In this document: piece after piece, positions 48,181 through 61,874 of the stretch
How the letters are laid out: every line of letters starts with the position of its first letter
How positions within the stretch are numbered: position 1 is the first letter of the stretch
Assembly (NCBI GenBank): GCA_964016885.1
Contig: OZ024743.1
Coordinates: 248,124,001 to 248,188,000, forward strand
DNA from: Eledone cirrhosa
Taxonomy: Eukaryota
Reading direction: 5' to 3'
Length of the DNA stretch: 64,000 nt
Made by a program: the position numbers and the translations under genes
The notes under the pieces: model-generated
Told to the model about the DNA's origin: nothing
Database searches by the model: none
What the model saw: the letters and a program-made list of their open reading frames with translations, nothing else

Positions 48181-49225
48181 AATCATTTTGCATGGGTTGG
48201 ATGGATTTTTTCCAGCAGAGCATCCATCCACTCTGTGGTTCTTTGTCATCTCTGTGAGCTTCAGCAATTTGAGATCAGCTCTCACTTCTTCCCAGGTCTT
48301 CCTTGGTTTCCTTCTAGTGCATCTTCCTTCCACTGGGATTTCTTGGCACTTATTCACTCCATAATCATCATCTATATGTATCACATGTCCATACCAGCAG
48401 TCTTCTCTCTTACACACTTCATCTGACTCCTCTTATATCCAGCTTTTCTCTCAGCTCATCCATGCTTTGTCATTCACGCATATAAACATTGCACACCCAT
48501 AAGAGCATGCTTTATTTCTCTCCAGCCTTCAACGACCATGTATCATTACCAAGTAGTTTCATATGTTGCACACATGCATCACACAGCAATTTGGCCTTTC
48601 ATTGTCAGCAAAAGTAGTAGCCACTTTTTCCACCCTGTTATTTATTGAAACTACTATGCTTACAGAGTAGTCTCCTCCATAGCTAATTAGATCACACAGA
48701 TAGCACAAGCTATTGACCACTTCTTTGGATCCTTCCTGGGATTGAAAAAAGTTTATTTCACTGATGTTTTTATTGCCAATTAACCCTATGAAAGTACTAC
48801 ATACAAAGTCTACCATCTCTGTTAGTCTACCTGATATCCCACTATACCCCTTGTGTATTCAAAATTCTCATTTCCTACATATCAAGCAAGGCCAATTCCC
48901 TGATGGAATCAGAGTCATGGCTTTTTTTCTACTTACAAAATCTTTAGTTTTTCCCAAGTTTTCCCAAGTCATTTTGATTCTAATTTCTGTTTCTAAAGCC
49001 TGAATTTCTTCTCTAGCTCTTCCACCAATTTGGTTTTCAGAACTAGGTCACCAGCATATAGAAGTTTTAATGAGCCATCAGTTTTAAACCCTTCTGTTAT
49101 GGCCTATAATAAATGGATGTAGGCTGAGAATTAAGCCCTGATGTACACTAACCTGTACATTGGATTCCTTACTAGACTTGTACAGCTCCACTGTATATGG
49201 TTTGCACTGCTATCATAAACCATTC
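48180..49225 (-). mobile_element. RTE LINE 3' part, heavily decayed
   Basis: WYGHVIHID..RKPRKTWEEV and upstream RT and finger remnants. Confidence 0.85.
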
Positions 49226-52200
49226 TTCTATGCCTAGTTTTCACCAGATGCCTGCCTGCAGATAACACTGATAATGACCACACTCTGTCTACAGAGTTGT
49301 TGCTATTGCCTATGTTAGTTATTTTTGTTGTTGTTATTGTGGTGCGTGGTAAGTCATGGTGTATATGATAGCTAATACTTCTATGGTATGGAATGGTCCT
49401 GTAACTCCTGATGGAGTCATAGGGGCACTGTATTGACATACAGCATTTCTTGGGCATTAGTAGAGCCCATCTCTCTCCAGGCCTAATACTTCTATAACTA
49501 ATTTAAATTAACAAAATAAAATACAGCAATGGGTGGAGTGACAAAATAAGAAAAAAGCAGATTGAAAATTCTGAAGGTCAAGGAAAACTCAGGGATTCAA
49601 TCATTGAAGTTCACAGTGACATTTGTTTGTCTTCCATAAACAATACATCTGACAATGTTGTGGTTTGTCAAATATCAGCAGTATATACCATATTTAAAAT
49701 ACAGTATGACTTGGTGCTAAAAGGCATTTGACAATAGAAAAATTGCATTAAAAAGTTCGTGCCACCTATATTAACATTGAAAACAGACGTGAAAATAATG
49801 ATGGTAATAATGATCATTCTCTCACTCTGGGCCTTGCCTCACCTAGGACATAGGCCATTGATAATCCTCCTTCACTCATTCCTGGCTTGGTCCTTCCTCA
49901 ATTGATATTGCTAATGCCTTTCCAGATGCCGAGCAGCAAAAGCCTCCACTGGCTCATGGAACAACAGAACCATGAATGAAAGTGGCAGAATAGCACATGT
50001 TGCCCTGTGTAAGAGATACAACTTTGCCGTCTTGGGATAGTGTGAAACATGATGGATGATGATAATAATTAATAATAATTCTTAGAATTCTCAAAGCGTT
50101 TATGACATATATTTCTTTAACTCTTTCATTTCAGTATTTCTAATGAAATACATTGCCAGTATGTTTCAATTAATTTAAAAATAATAAACACTTTGGAGGA
50201 ATTCAACAAAATAACTTTTTCATTAGTAAGCTGATGTTCTAAGTTTCGGGCTAAGTCTCCGATCTCTCCACCAAACATGGAAACCTTAAACAAGGAGCCC
50301 ATGGACGCCACTCTTTACTTCCTGGATAAAGACATAAAAGACAAAAGAAAGCTTCTTAAGACTGACATGAGAAAACCTAAAAATAAACAAGAAAAGAGAA
50401 AACGACGAATCTCGAAGAAGAAAAGAAAAAAAAAAAGGGCGGGGAGAAGAACCGCACATTCAATCACACACCACATGGTGCGTTGGAGCCAAACTCTAAT
50501 AGTTTTTGAGGTAAGCCAACACACTCGAGTGTGAGCGATTCTAAGGCGCTGGAATAACCACGCACCCTCGCGTGCATCATCTGATACCTCGGTAAGGCGA
50601 GCCCCACCAATGATGACAAACGATTCACACCATAAGTTATAAAAAAAAATGTCACCGAAAAGAAAACTTAGAGTATTGCTGATTCACACCACCAACCAAG
50701 AATAAAACTAAAAATATATAATCTAGTGATATTTGAGAAAAGGGGATTAAATATAACCGGCTTCAAGTCATGTTATTTGCAAGAAAATCCTAAAAATTTA
50801 TAAATACTGCTTTAAGATCCCAGCAGAGATTGGAAGTTTCCAGATGAATTTTATCTGACACGTTCCTTGAATAAATTACGGAGATTATCAAAAGATATAA
50901 TTCCTTGATGTATCCCAAGCAGCATGTTCATGTCGTGGGTGTTGTCGTAGAAGTTATGTGTGAGAAAATAAAAGATATCAAAATAGTATAAAACGATAGG
51001 CATTTTGTTATCCATTTAAGTTTTAATGAAAACATACGCGATTTATAGGTTAGTAAGAGTTACTTACCTTGAGTGAACTCTTACTTCAATAACATTTTAT
51101 GCAACAGACGCACTAGGACAAAAGTTTAATTGAAATGCCAAGTTTCAGTGACGAATGATATACATGTGCACTTACCGGTAGGAAGTACGTTATACAAGGA
51201 TCACCTTAATTTGTATTTGTTGTCATTTAAGCCAGTAACAAAATATCGTTTTCATTGTTATTAATGACAAACTGCTTATCACAAAATGTCTCGAATCATC
51301 ACTTAATATTTACTAAAGCGCTTTCTGTTGATATTGCCTCACATTTATTATGTTGATTATTTCTACCACATTATTGCACTAATTATGGAAACACATATTC
51401 TCGGGCCCAATTCGTGATCTATACCAGGTAATCTTGAATTTATATTCTTCTTTATTCTACTTTTACAATATCTTGAAATCTTATTGAGTTAATCTGCTAA
51501 CTTTTGTTGTTTTCAACAGAGTTTATTTCAGTTTATTATTGAAAATAAGTGCGTATTTACTCGGTGATTACTTCCTGATTTTATTTCATCGTACATTTTT
51601 GCAGTTTTCTTGACATACTTCTAGAAAAGTTTCAAAAACTTTAAAATCATAATATATTTTTTACTAATTTATGTTTTGATTGATTTGATTTTCGAAAACA
51701 ACAACAATAAAAATAAAACAAAAAACTTCCTCTTTCATTGGCTTCTTGTATCCTCGATTAAATTTCACTTGGTTTTAAATTCATAATAGATTTAACTTCT
51801 GATATACATTTTAATTAAAGATTTTAAAACTATTTTGGTAAACTAGGAATTTTCCCTTTCCTTTATATTATACTAGTTTGTGCTTTCGTTCTGTAAGCAT
51901 TGTATTATTATATTTCTTTTTATACAACAGTGAATAAAGATCATAGTCAAATTAAGAAAAGGTTGAAGCATGTGCATAGAAGCAGAGATGTTAATATGAA
52001 TTTATTCTCATTGATATTAAATTAATTTAGTTACCAAAAGAGGACCATCTAACCCGCCTCTGTCAAAACTTGTGACTGATGTTTAAATGTCACCGATCTA
52101 TTTATGATGTATTGTCCGAAGTTGTACGAGTTCATATTTCTTTCATGAAATAAATTACGTGGAAACGAGTGAGTGTTATCGATTGAATCAACACAGTATT

Positions 52201-52311
52201 TTAATGGTACTTTGTTTATTCAACCTCGGAAATATAAAAGTTAGTTCTGATAGAATTTGAAATATAACCGCGCAACAGCGAACTAGATACAATAAATCAT
52301 TCAACTATCAT

Positions 52312-52558
52312 TAATAATTGTTTCTACTTTTGGCACAAGGCCAGCAATTACTCAGTGCATTACTGGTACTTTTTATTTTATCGACCCCGTAAGGATGAAA
52401 GGCAAAGTTAACCTCGGCGGGATTTGAACTCAGAATGGCTAATAATTGTTTCTACAATAGGCACAAGGCCAGCAAATTATCCAGTAAATTACTGGTACTT
52501 TATTTTATCGACCCCCGTTAGGATGAAAGGCAAAGTTAACCTCGACGAGATTTGAAAT
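52312..52558 (-). mobile_element. Two tandem 5'-truncated young SINE copies
   Basis: Two consecutive units of AATAATTGTTTCTAC..GGCACAAGGCC..GATTTGAA. Confidence 0.85.
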
Positions 52559-54934
52559 TGGCACAAGAATAAGTAAATAGAAAATTGTCAAAAGTAAACC
52601 GAATTTTGTCAAAAAGGATAAAATAAAAATGATTTGAAAGTTTATTAACGAAAATACTACAATACATGCTGTTCACCCCATTAATGCAACAAGTTAGAGG
52701 ATATAATTGGATCCTTCTCTCTTTAGAACTGGTGTCTTTGTGTTCCCCTTCGTGTGAATCTTAAGCTAGATTACCTGTTACTGAAATTTGGGTGTAGTCA
52801 GAGAGAAAGTTCGTCCGCAAATGTCATTATCGAAGCTTGCGTCGCTAATCCTCTTACCTAATGACTAGAATATTATATCTACATGGAGAATCGTTGTTTT
52901 CTCGATTGTTTTAATGTAACAGACAAACCTGTCTAAACTAAAACAATTATAATTGCGTTATAAAAACCAAAAACGTTTTTGTTTTGTTTCAGATTTCTAA
53001 TTTATTCAACTTCAAAACTATAATTGTTTCATATTAAGTTTTCACTTGGGTTTCTTTTTAATTAAAAGAAATTGATTGCTCTAAATTTGTTTATTTTATC
53101 TATCTCATTACATTTCATCTACTTTGATTGCTATGTTTCACAAAAGTCCTACTTTCCCCAAGCTCATGTGTATACTCCATTGATCAGAGTAAACAAACGT
53201 TAAAATCTAGTATCTGCAAACGGTCTGCAACAGGTTTCAGACAATGGTCTCGTTCCTCGGTGTCTGTTTATCAACTGTGTGTGTGTGTGTTGAACCTCTA
53301 TCTGTTCGACAATGAGTGTTCCAGTTCAAATACGGCTAAAACAGAATACCTTGCTTGCAAAATGAACGTGTAAGAGGCTGAACATTCAACATAGTTCTCA
53401 GAGAAATTCAATACGACATAGTGTGTAATAGCTGGCCCCATGATTTCATTTTGCCATTTACCACAAAACTGATAGGTGCTAAAAAAAGTTTTTTTGTTAT
53501 TTAAAAACTATGGACATTTTGGATTAAGGAAATCTGCGACCCTATTTCAATTCCATTTTTTTTTTTTATTTAAGTTTATTTATATAATTATATTATAAGG
53601 AAAAAATAGCAGCAGAAAAAATAAAACAAAAAAATAGCAACAACCAAAATAGATATGATTAAATTAAGAAAATGTGAACATTTCTTGATCAATTCATCTC
53701 ATTGGATTCCCCATTGATTACGACCATGAGCATTTAGTTCGATCAAGTGAACGCCCATCTCCTGAATTAACATGTAAGCGCTTGAGTATTTCACAAACAC
53801 GTGTACTCTTAACGTAATTCTCAAGGAGATTCAGTGTGACACAATATATGACAAGGCTGGACATTGAATTACAGGAGTAATCCATCCCACGGGCTTCCAT
53901 CCATATTTGTGTACCCAATTTCACTCACAAGGCTTATCAACCCGAGGCTGTGGTAAAGTCACATGTTCAAGATGACACGCATTGAGATCGAACTCATGAT
54001 TCTGGAGCGAACTTAACCTATCAGCTATGCTTGTGTTCACACACACGCACGAGTCGACGAAAGAATCCTAACCATAACTCCAATGAACCTCTAACCTTAA
54101 TCCTTTTCTCTAATGTGTATATATGCAATGAATTCATTGGGTCGATAAATAAAAGTACCAGTAACACAATGGTGTAGATTTAAATGACTATCCCCTTCCC
54201 TACAAATTGCCAGCCTTGTACCAAAAGTAGAAACAAGTATTTTCTTTTTTCTTCCACTGTTCTTTTTCATTGTTACCTTTTCTTTTCCCCATCTGCAATT
54301 CCTCTACTCCAAATCTGAATAACCATTTCTTTCTATGTACTATCTAGGGAGCTGTTTATTGTAGAGAAAACTGTTGATTGTCTTGTACATATACAATTGT
54401 ATCTTGCTTGGTTATCTTTTCTGTGTTACTCTCGAGGTGCAATGGGTTGATAATGGATGACTGCAGGGACATAGGTAGGCCAGGAAAGTGTTTTGCGGTT
54501 GTAAAGATTACAATGGGCTGAGCTGTAGAGTAGATAGTTAATGATAATGTAGCTATATATATAAAGGAATATTTTTATGACTTCTTATCTCATTTAAATT
54601 GTGTTAGCACATTATTCAGCTCCATAGTAAAAAAATTGTCAAGTTAAAAAAAAAAGAATTGATATTTGGAGAAGAAAATGCAGTGTTACTTAATTATTCC
54701 TCCACATTTCAAATTGAAACATGTTAGCTTAACCATAACATTAATGCTAAAACCTTAACCATAACCTTAATGCTAAAACCTTAACATATCTCTAATCCTA
54801 ATTGACTCTAACTAACGAACACTAACTTTGTCATTACCAGTTAAAGTGTTGCTTTACTGCTCCTAGTGTTGCCGATGATAACACAATGTCCAGCAATCTA
54901 AGAAAGATGTTGGGCAGTTACAATATTAGCACAT

Positions 54935-55108
54935 ATCGGTAGAGGGTCGGATGCCATGCTTTGCAGCATAGAGTTACTGCCCTTTATGGTCTGAGTTCAA
55001 ATCCTGCTGAGGTTAACTTTGCCTTTCGTCCTTATGGTCGATAAAATAAAGCACCAGTAATGCATTGAGATAATTGCTGGCCTTGTACCAAAAGTAGAAA
55101 CAATTATT
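54935..55108 (+). mobile_element. Young SINE copy
   Basis: Same family. Confidence 0.85.
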
Positions 55109-57166
55109 TTATATTTACAAAATACTGTTCTGAGTCATTAAAATGTAAATTTGTTTTTCAAATTTCAAGTGAACAAAGATTTTATAATAATTGTTGACTG
55201 TGTTCCATATTTTAGCACAGCAATCTGTTATCCTGTAACTATTATTCATTAGTACTAGATAGGGTGTAAAACAATTTCTGAGAAATAGTTGAAGGAATTT
55301 TGTTAAATAAGAAGAAACAAATTGGTTAATGATTCAAGTTTTTGAAATATATTATTGGTTGTCAAGTAACTTATATTAGAGTTACAACATGCAACCTATT
55401 CGTTAGGGTGCTGGTCTCACAATCATGTTAAACCTCATGATTGAGCAGCATATTATGTCCTTGAAGAATTGACCTCAGTACAGGACTGGTTCTATATTTA
55501 GCAACGCCTAAAAGATAAAAGTTGACTGTGGTGATATTTGAACTCAGAGCGTAGAGAGCCAGAATAAATTCTGCAAAGCATTCAATCCAATGTTATAACA
55601 AATCTGCTAATTTGTGACCTTATGTTAAGGATATGATTATTCTAAAACGAAATCCAGGAAAAAAAAAAAGGCAAAGCTGTTTTGAAGCTTTTGTATAGTT
55701 TTTTTAATATTCTTTGAGAGTTGTTCATTGTGACATTTAGTTATGATGCTTTGCATTCTGTTTTAAAATCATACAGAGATCAACTTTGCCTTTCATTTTT
55801 CTGGGATCAATTAAATAAAAGTACCAGTTGAGTACTTAAATTAAACTCCTCTGCCAAATGCTGGTCTTGTGCCTAAATTTAGAAATCATTATGAAATATA
55901 ATGTTGTTTTTGTTACAGCTTACACACCCACAAGATTAACTGTCTCCTATGATACATCTTTCTTGGGTATTCTAATGATAAGGGCATCAGTCTAGTAACA
56001 AGAAGTAGGATTTAAACTCAGAATGTACAGAGCCAGAGCAAATCCCACAATGCATCTTGTCTGATGCTCTAACAATTCCACCTATCCATCACCTGGACGG
56101 ATACTTTATTTATTGACTCCAAAAAAATGGAAGGCAAAGTTGAACTTGTGTGACTTGAACACATAGTGCAGAGAGCTTGAATATCACAGTTATGATTTAT
56201 TAATTAAAATTTAACTGGTGTAAATTTGAATCTCAGCTCTAAAAATGTGATTGAACTTAACATTTAAAGATGACACAAGTTTCTGTATTAATTCATGAGA
56301 TAACTAAGGGTTGGGAGGACACTTCAGTTGTCTCAAGAGTATGACAACCTTTCAAGTATTGGTGACATAATAAAACACATTCAGTATACTCTGTAGGATA
56401 GATGTTAAGAAGAACATTCAGCCATAGAAAACTAGCCAAACAAAGTGTCAAGAGGACTCTTGAGTTATGTTAAAGATATGACAGCCTGCCTAGTTCTGGT
56501 GCCAGGATAATGTGCACCCGGTGCACTCTGTAATGTGTGGGATTGTATGTATTAAGTACTGTTTTGGTCTGTGGCAACACATCCAACTCTTGTAAGCAGG
56601 GAAAATAGACATTAATTGATGATGATAATGATGATGATCTCCATTACATATTATTGGTCTTGTTCCAATGTAAAAAAATAAATCATTTCTATTTCTTTCA
56701 CTCTCTCTCTTTGTTTTTCTTTCTCTCCTCTATATCTTAAATGATAATGATTATCTGTCATTTTTAAATGTTTGTGTTTATAAGTGGTGCAGAAAATGTG
56801 AAAACAGATGATCAACTGGTTCGAAAAATAGTTCTAAATGTTAGACAAAGCAACAGATGCTGCTGCCATACAGCTTAATTATAAGCTGGCTTTTAACTGT
56901 CTCCGTAACCCTGTGACCAGTTCTTTGTTGCCCTAGGCAACATTGTGGTAGTGTTATAAGCAGCTGACCTAACAACCAAAATTAGATGGTAAGAGCTTGT
57001 TTTCTCTGTTATCTTATGTAGGACATTTTCAGCATTGATAATTAATTGTAAAAAAAAGGTTATGTACTTAAAATGAACAAACTTGTTATGACTGTAGGAG
57101 CAGGCATGACTGTTTGATTAAGAAGTTTACTTTACAATCATGTATATATACATAATAAACATTAAA

Positions 57167-57168
<2 letters not shown>

Positions 57169-57232
<64 letters not shown>
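57169..57232. repeat. (AT)n microsatellite
   Basis: Directly visible. Confidence 0.97.
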
Positions 57233-57235
<3 letters not shown>

Positions 57236-58526
57236 CAATCGTCATCATTTAATGTCTATTTTCCATGCTTGCATGTGTTAGATGGGTTGACAGGCAAGAC
57301 TGGTCATACACTCTGCCTTTGGCTTGATTTCTATTGCTGGATGCCCTTCTTAACACCAACCACTTTACAGTGTGTCCTGGGAGCATTTTATCATGATTTC
57401 AGCACTACCGCCTAACAGGCTGGACTGGGAGCTTTTTATTATGGTACCAAAACTACCATATATATATATATGCAAAAAGTAAATGTAAAACAACATAGCA
57501 AAACGAAACAGTACAATGAAGATATATATTAGTTTAACACTTGATAACTCTATATCTCTGCCTATATATATGTATATCTCGCCTCAATCATATGTATATC
57601 TCGCCTCAATCATCATCATTTTTTGTCTATTTTTCCATGCTGGCAGTAGTCTATGGCCAGATTCCCTACTTAGCATCAACCTTATGTTTTAAAGGTGCAG
57701 ATCTGTGCTTGTATAACCATTGAGCTGTAGAACTTCTTTTTAAGTTGGACATGAATAAATATCTGCCTGTTCTAGTGATAGAGTGAAGAAAATAGACAAA
57801 TGCACACAAATACAGGCAAACATATGGGGGTATATTTAAATATGCGTGTATGTGTGTATTTCCACATGTGTCTGCCATGTCCAAAAAGACACTGCTTATA
57901 AACCCACTATTACTTAGAAGTTAAGTAAAGTGGGTAGGCCAATTTGCATATAATAATGCCTACTTGGTAGCTAATTTTATTAATAGATTTCTGTTGCATT
58001 AACTGTTTTGTTTCAATGTGATACTGTACTACTAAATATAGCTATAGATTTTAGCCCATACTGTATGTATAGACACTTGTAAATACTTTGTCTGAATATA
58101 CAGTATTTTTACTGTTAATGCACCTGTATTTTATTCAATCATCATCATCACCATTTAATGTCCATTTTTCCATGTACATTGTAGCTGTCAAAAATGTTTT
58201 GTATATGAAAATTGATCTATCCTATTTACTTAAACCCTTAAAAATAGAGTGTTTCTCTGGACATATGAAGAGAGTATTTAATCACTGATGAAATCTTAAT
58301 ACAGTGTGGCTAATCCCCGTTTTTCTGTTCATGAAGATATGGTTCAAACATGTCTTCTGCATACAAAGTCGACTAAAATTAATAGATATACTCTGTAAAT
58401 ACAGTATAGTTTTTATTCTTTTGATCTATATTTTGAGTTCAATTCTCACAAGAGCTAACTTTCTCTTTCATCCCTACAGAATCAGTAAAATAAAGCCAAG
58501 TTAAGTACTGGGGTTGATTGATTTAA

Positions 58527-58700
58527 CCCTTTAATATTTAAACCTGATGTATCCGACCAGAACTCTCTCACCTTTTTCTGTTCAAACCGGCCGCTCATAC
58601 TCATGTTAAGGTATTGTTCTCAAAATAAATAATATCGAAATCTCATAGATTTAATGTGAAAATATAATAGTAAATATAAAGTAATGTAAATACTAAAGGG
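58527..58700. mobile_element. TTAA-flanked MITE family A copy
   Basis: TTAA|CCCTTTAATATTTA...TAAATACTAAAGGG|TTAA; internal similarity to 5099-5304. Confidence 0.8.
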
Positions 58701-59417
58701 TTAACTTTATATCTCTGGCGATAAAAAGGATATTCAGCTGTAGAAACCATGCCCCCCCCCCCCCCCCCCAGTTGAGATGACTGTTGAGTTGTGTCGAGTG
58801 CATAACAACCTCTATAGTGTTAGTGATATGATAAAACACACCCAATACACTCTGTAAAGTAGCTTGTCATTGGAAGGGCATCCAGCTGTAGAAAGTGCCA
58901 AACAAACGGTTGAGAGGACTCTTTAATTGTATCAAACACATGACAACTTCTCAAGTGCTTCAGCCACAATAAAATACACCCACTAGACTCTGTAGAGTGT
59001 GGAAATGTATGTAAGTGAAACGCAGTTCCCAGCCCAATTAATAGATCAATAGGTCCAATTAGGTACTGACTTAGTTTGTGATGACCTGTCAAACCCTTGA
59101 TACCAGGGAATATGAATATTAAATGGTTTTAATGTTCTCCACTCAACACCACTGGTCTTATCTTATCCCAATGTAAAAAAATCATATTTTTTTCACTTTC
59201 TTTCTCCTTCTTTCTCACTCTCACTTTCTAGTTTCTATTTGCTTTCACTTCATTCATAATTTCTCTTTCTCTCACTTTCTTTCATTCTTTCTTTTTACTT
59301 TTCACTCCTTTTTTCATCATTCACATTTCTCCCCTCTTCTTCAGCTTAGCCCCACAACACAACTCGTTTTACTCTTCACCCCTCCACTTATTTGTATTCA
59401 GGTTCCAAAATTTCTCA

Positions 59418-59902
59418 TCCCTTTCCATACCAAACCACCTGAAACTGCCCATGATTCTACAATACAAAGCTGTTTATTTTAAAGTGTTTATATTTATCTA
59501 AAAACCTTATGTAATTTTCTATAAAAAACTTTGTTAAGTTATACTCCAAACACCAACTTAATAATGAGAAAGTTTGATTATTTTCAGAATTATTTGTATA
59601 TCATAGGTAGTGTCTTTCATTAAAAATATGATAATGAAGAGTTAAAGCAATCTAGAAGTGTTAAGCCTTTTGGTACCAAATTGCCAGAAACCACCATGGA
59701 TTTATGATAGAAAACTACTTATTTTAAAATGTTTAAAATATCATAATTTCATTTTAGAAATTTTTGTTCAGCAATGTTCTAAATATCAGCTTACCAATGA
59801 AAAACTGTTATTTTATTAAATTCCTCCAATTTTTTGGTTATTTTCAAAATTATTTGAAGCACATAGGAAGTGTCTTTCATTGGAAATATGGCAATGAAAG
59901 GG
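59418..59902. mobile_element. Two tandem MITE family B copies
   Basis: Two units of about 230 bp, each starting CCTTT..TACCAAA and ending AAATATG..AATGAA(G/A)(A/G)G-TTAA. Confidence 0.65.
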
Positions 59903-61874
59903 TTAAAGCAACATAAAAGAAGAATGTTAAATGATAAAGATTTGACAGTTTCCAGTTGATTTGAGTAATTTGCCTTTTCTTGTAGTTGATTATTTAACTG
60001 TCACACTTCCACTACTGTATGTCTGGAAAGGTATTCAGTCACCTGGCCTACTTTCTTCTTTATTTTTATTCTTCGTAAATTTTCTGTAATGGGCCAAGCA
60101 ATATCTTTCCTACATATTGTTGGTATCTTTGACAAAGTTTCATTTCTTTTCAAATATCTTTTTTTTATGTAAATGACAACAAAAGAAACTGAGCAGCTTG
60201 TGTTAAAAAGTAAAAAATAAACATAATGAAGTGGGTTAATCTGTACACATTTACTCTGATCAATTTACAATTGATCTCTGTCGGTTTTGATGATGGGTGT
60301 TCTAGTTGTTCAATCAAGCGAATGGCCTGCTCCTGAAATTAATGTGATAGTGGCTGAGTATTCTACATACATGTGTGCCCTTAATGTAATTCTCAGGGAC
60401 AGTTTGTGACCAGGCTGGCTCCATCGAAAGTCTACCCAATTTAATTCCCAAGGCTTGAGTTGACCTGCGGCTATGATAAATGACACATACCTAAGATGTC
60501 ACACAATGGGATTGAACCCTTGAACTATTGATTGCAAAGTGAACTCCTTAACTATTTGACCATACTGTGTTTGCTATTCTATTATATATATATAAAGTGT
60601 ATTATTGATAACCTCTTGTATCTATTATGTAGTCGTTTTATTCATTATATTTACATTCAATCCAGTCATTCTCTCTACATTTCTGTAATTCTTTTATGCT
60701 TCACTGGTTCTGCCTAACATGTCTGTAGTGCTAACACTAGGATTAATATTTTTCTTATACAATGATTACAATTGTTTAAATATAAAAAAAAACTAGAGTG
60801 ACCACAATGATGACGATGACGATGACCACCACCACCACCATTGACAGCAGCAGCAGCATTGCCAAGTTCATCTGCACATATCTTAAGTATATAGTTTAGT
60901 AAGGTCTATTCTTATTGTATAGTCTAAAACTATTCCTCCAAATTTGGATCAGCTTAGATTATAGGAGTTCTCTCCTTGCTTACTTCTAAGGACCTGAAAA
61001 CTTCTTTCAAAGGGAGCTTTGGTTTTGAAATTGTGAAGGTAGTGTCTTATTTGATTAAAGTTTTTCCCGCTTTCCTGTGAAACTGTACTTGTGTCATCAT
61101 CATCATCATCATCATCCATCCATTTTTCAATGCTGGCATAAATTGAACAAGTTGTTATAGACCAAGTCATTACTTTATCAGAGCTACTGTCATGCTAGAC
61201 AATTTTGGGAGACCACATTTTGCTGAAAAATGTTCTATTTTAGCATGGTTTCTACAACTGAATGCTCTTCTTGCAGAGTGTACTGGGTGTATTTTATTGT
61301 GGCACCAACCCTAGAGATGTTGTTATGCTCTTCATGTGACTGGAATCCTTTCTACTGTTTTTGGCATGGGGTCTGCTGCTGGATGCCCTTGCTAACACCA
61401 ACCACTTTGCTGAGTATATTGGGTCCATTTTATCATGGCTCCAATACTAGAGAAGTTGTATGTATACTTATATACACACCATCATCATCATCACTGTTTA
61501 TGTCCGTTGCACATATATATATATACAACACAAATACATATATATGTATTCTTTTATTGTTTTACTTGTTCCAGTCAGTAGTCTGAGGCCATGCTGAGGC
61601 ACCACCTTGATTTTAATCAATCAAGTTGAACCCAGTACTTACTGTTTTAAGTCTTTTGGGGGGGGGGGGGGGGCTTTTACAGGACATAAACATCGGCAGA
61701 TACAAACATAAACATGGACACATGAAATATATTGCAGTAAAACCCACCCCTCAGAAAGGGTTAGATTAAAACAGCACTGCATGCATTTTATTGTTTACAT
61801 ACTTAACCATCAAAGTCTTTACATGATCATAAGTCATCAATCTATCTATATTAAGTTTTAAAAACTGAAAAGTA

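Noticed and set aside
54728-54810. Telomere-like (CCTTAA/CCTAA) tandem repeat
   Set aside because: Short, degenerate 26-bp duplication, not a telomeric array.
58752-58769. Poly-C run (and poly-G at about 61658-61673) as G-quadruplex elements
   Set aside because: Isolated homopolymers inside decayed repeats, with no supporting context.
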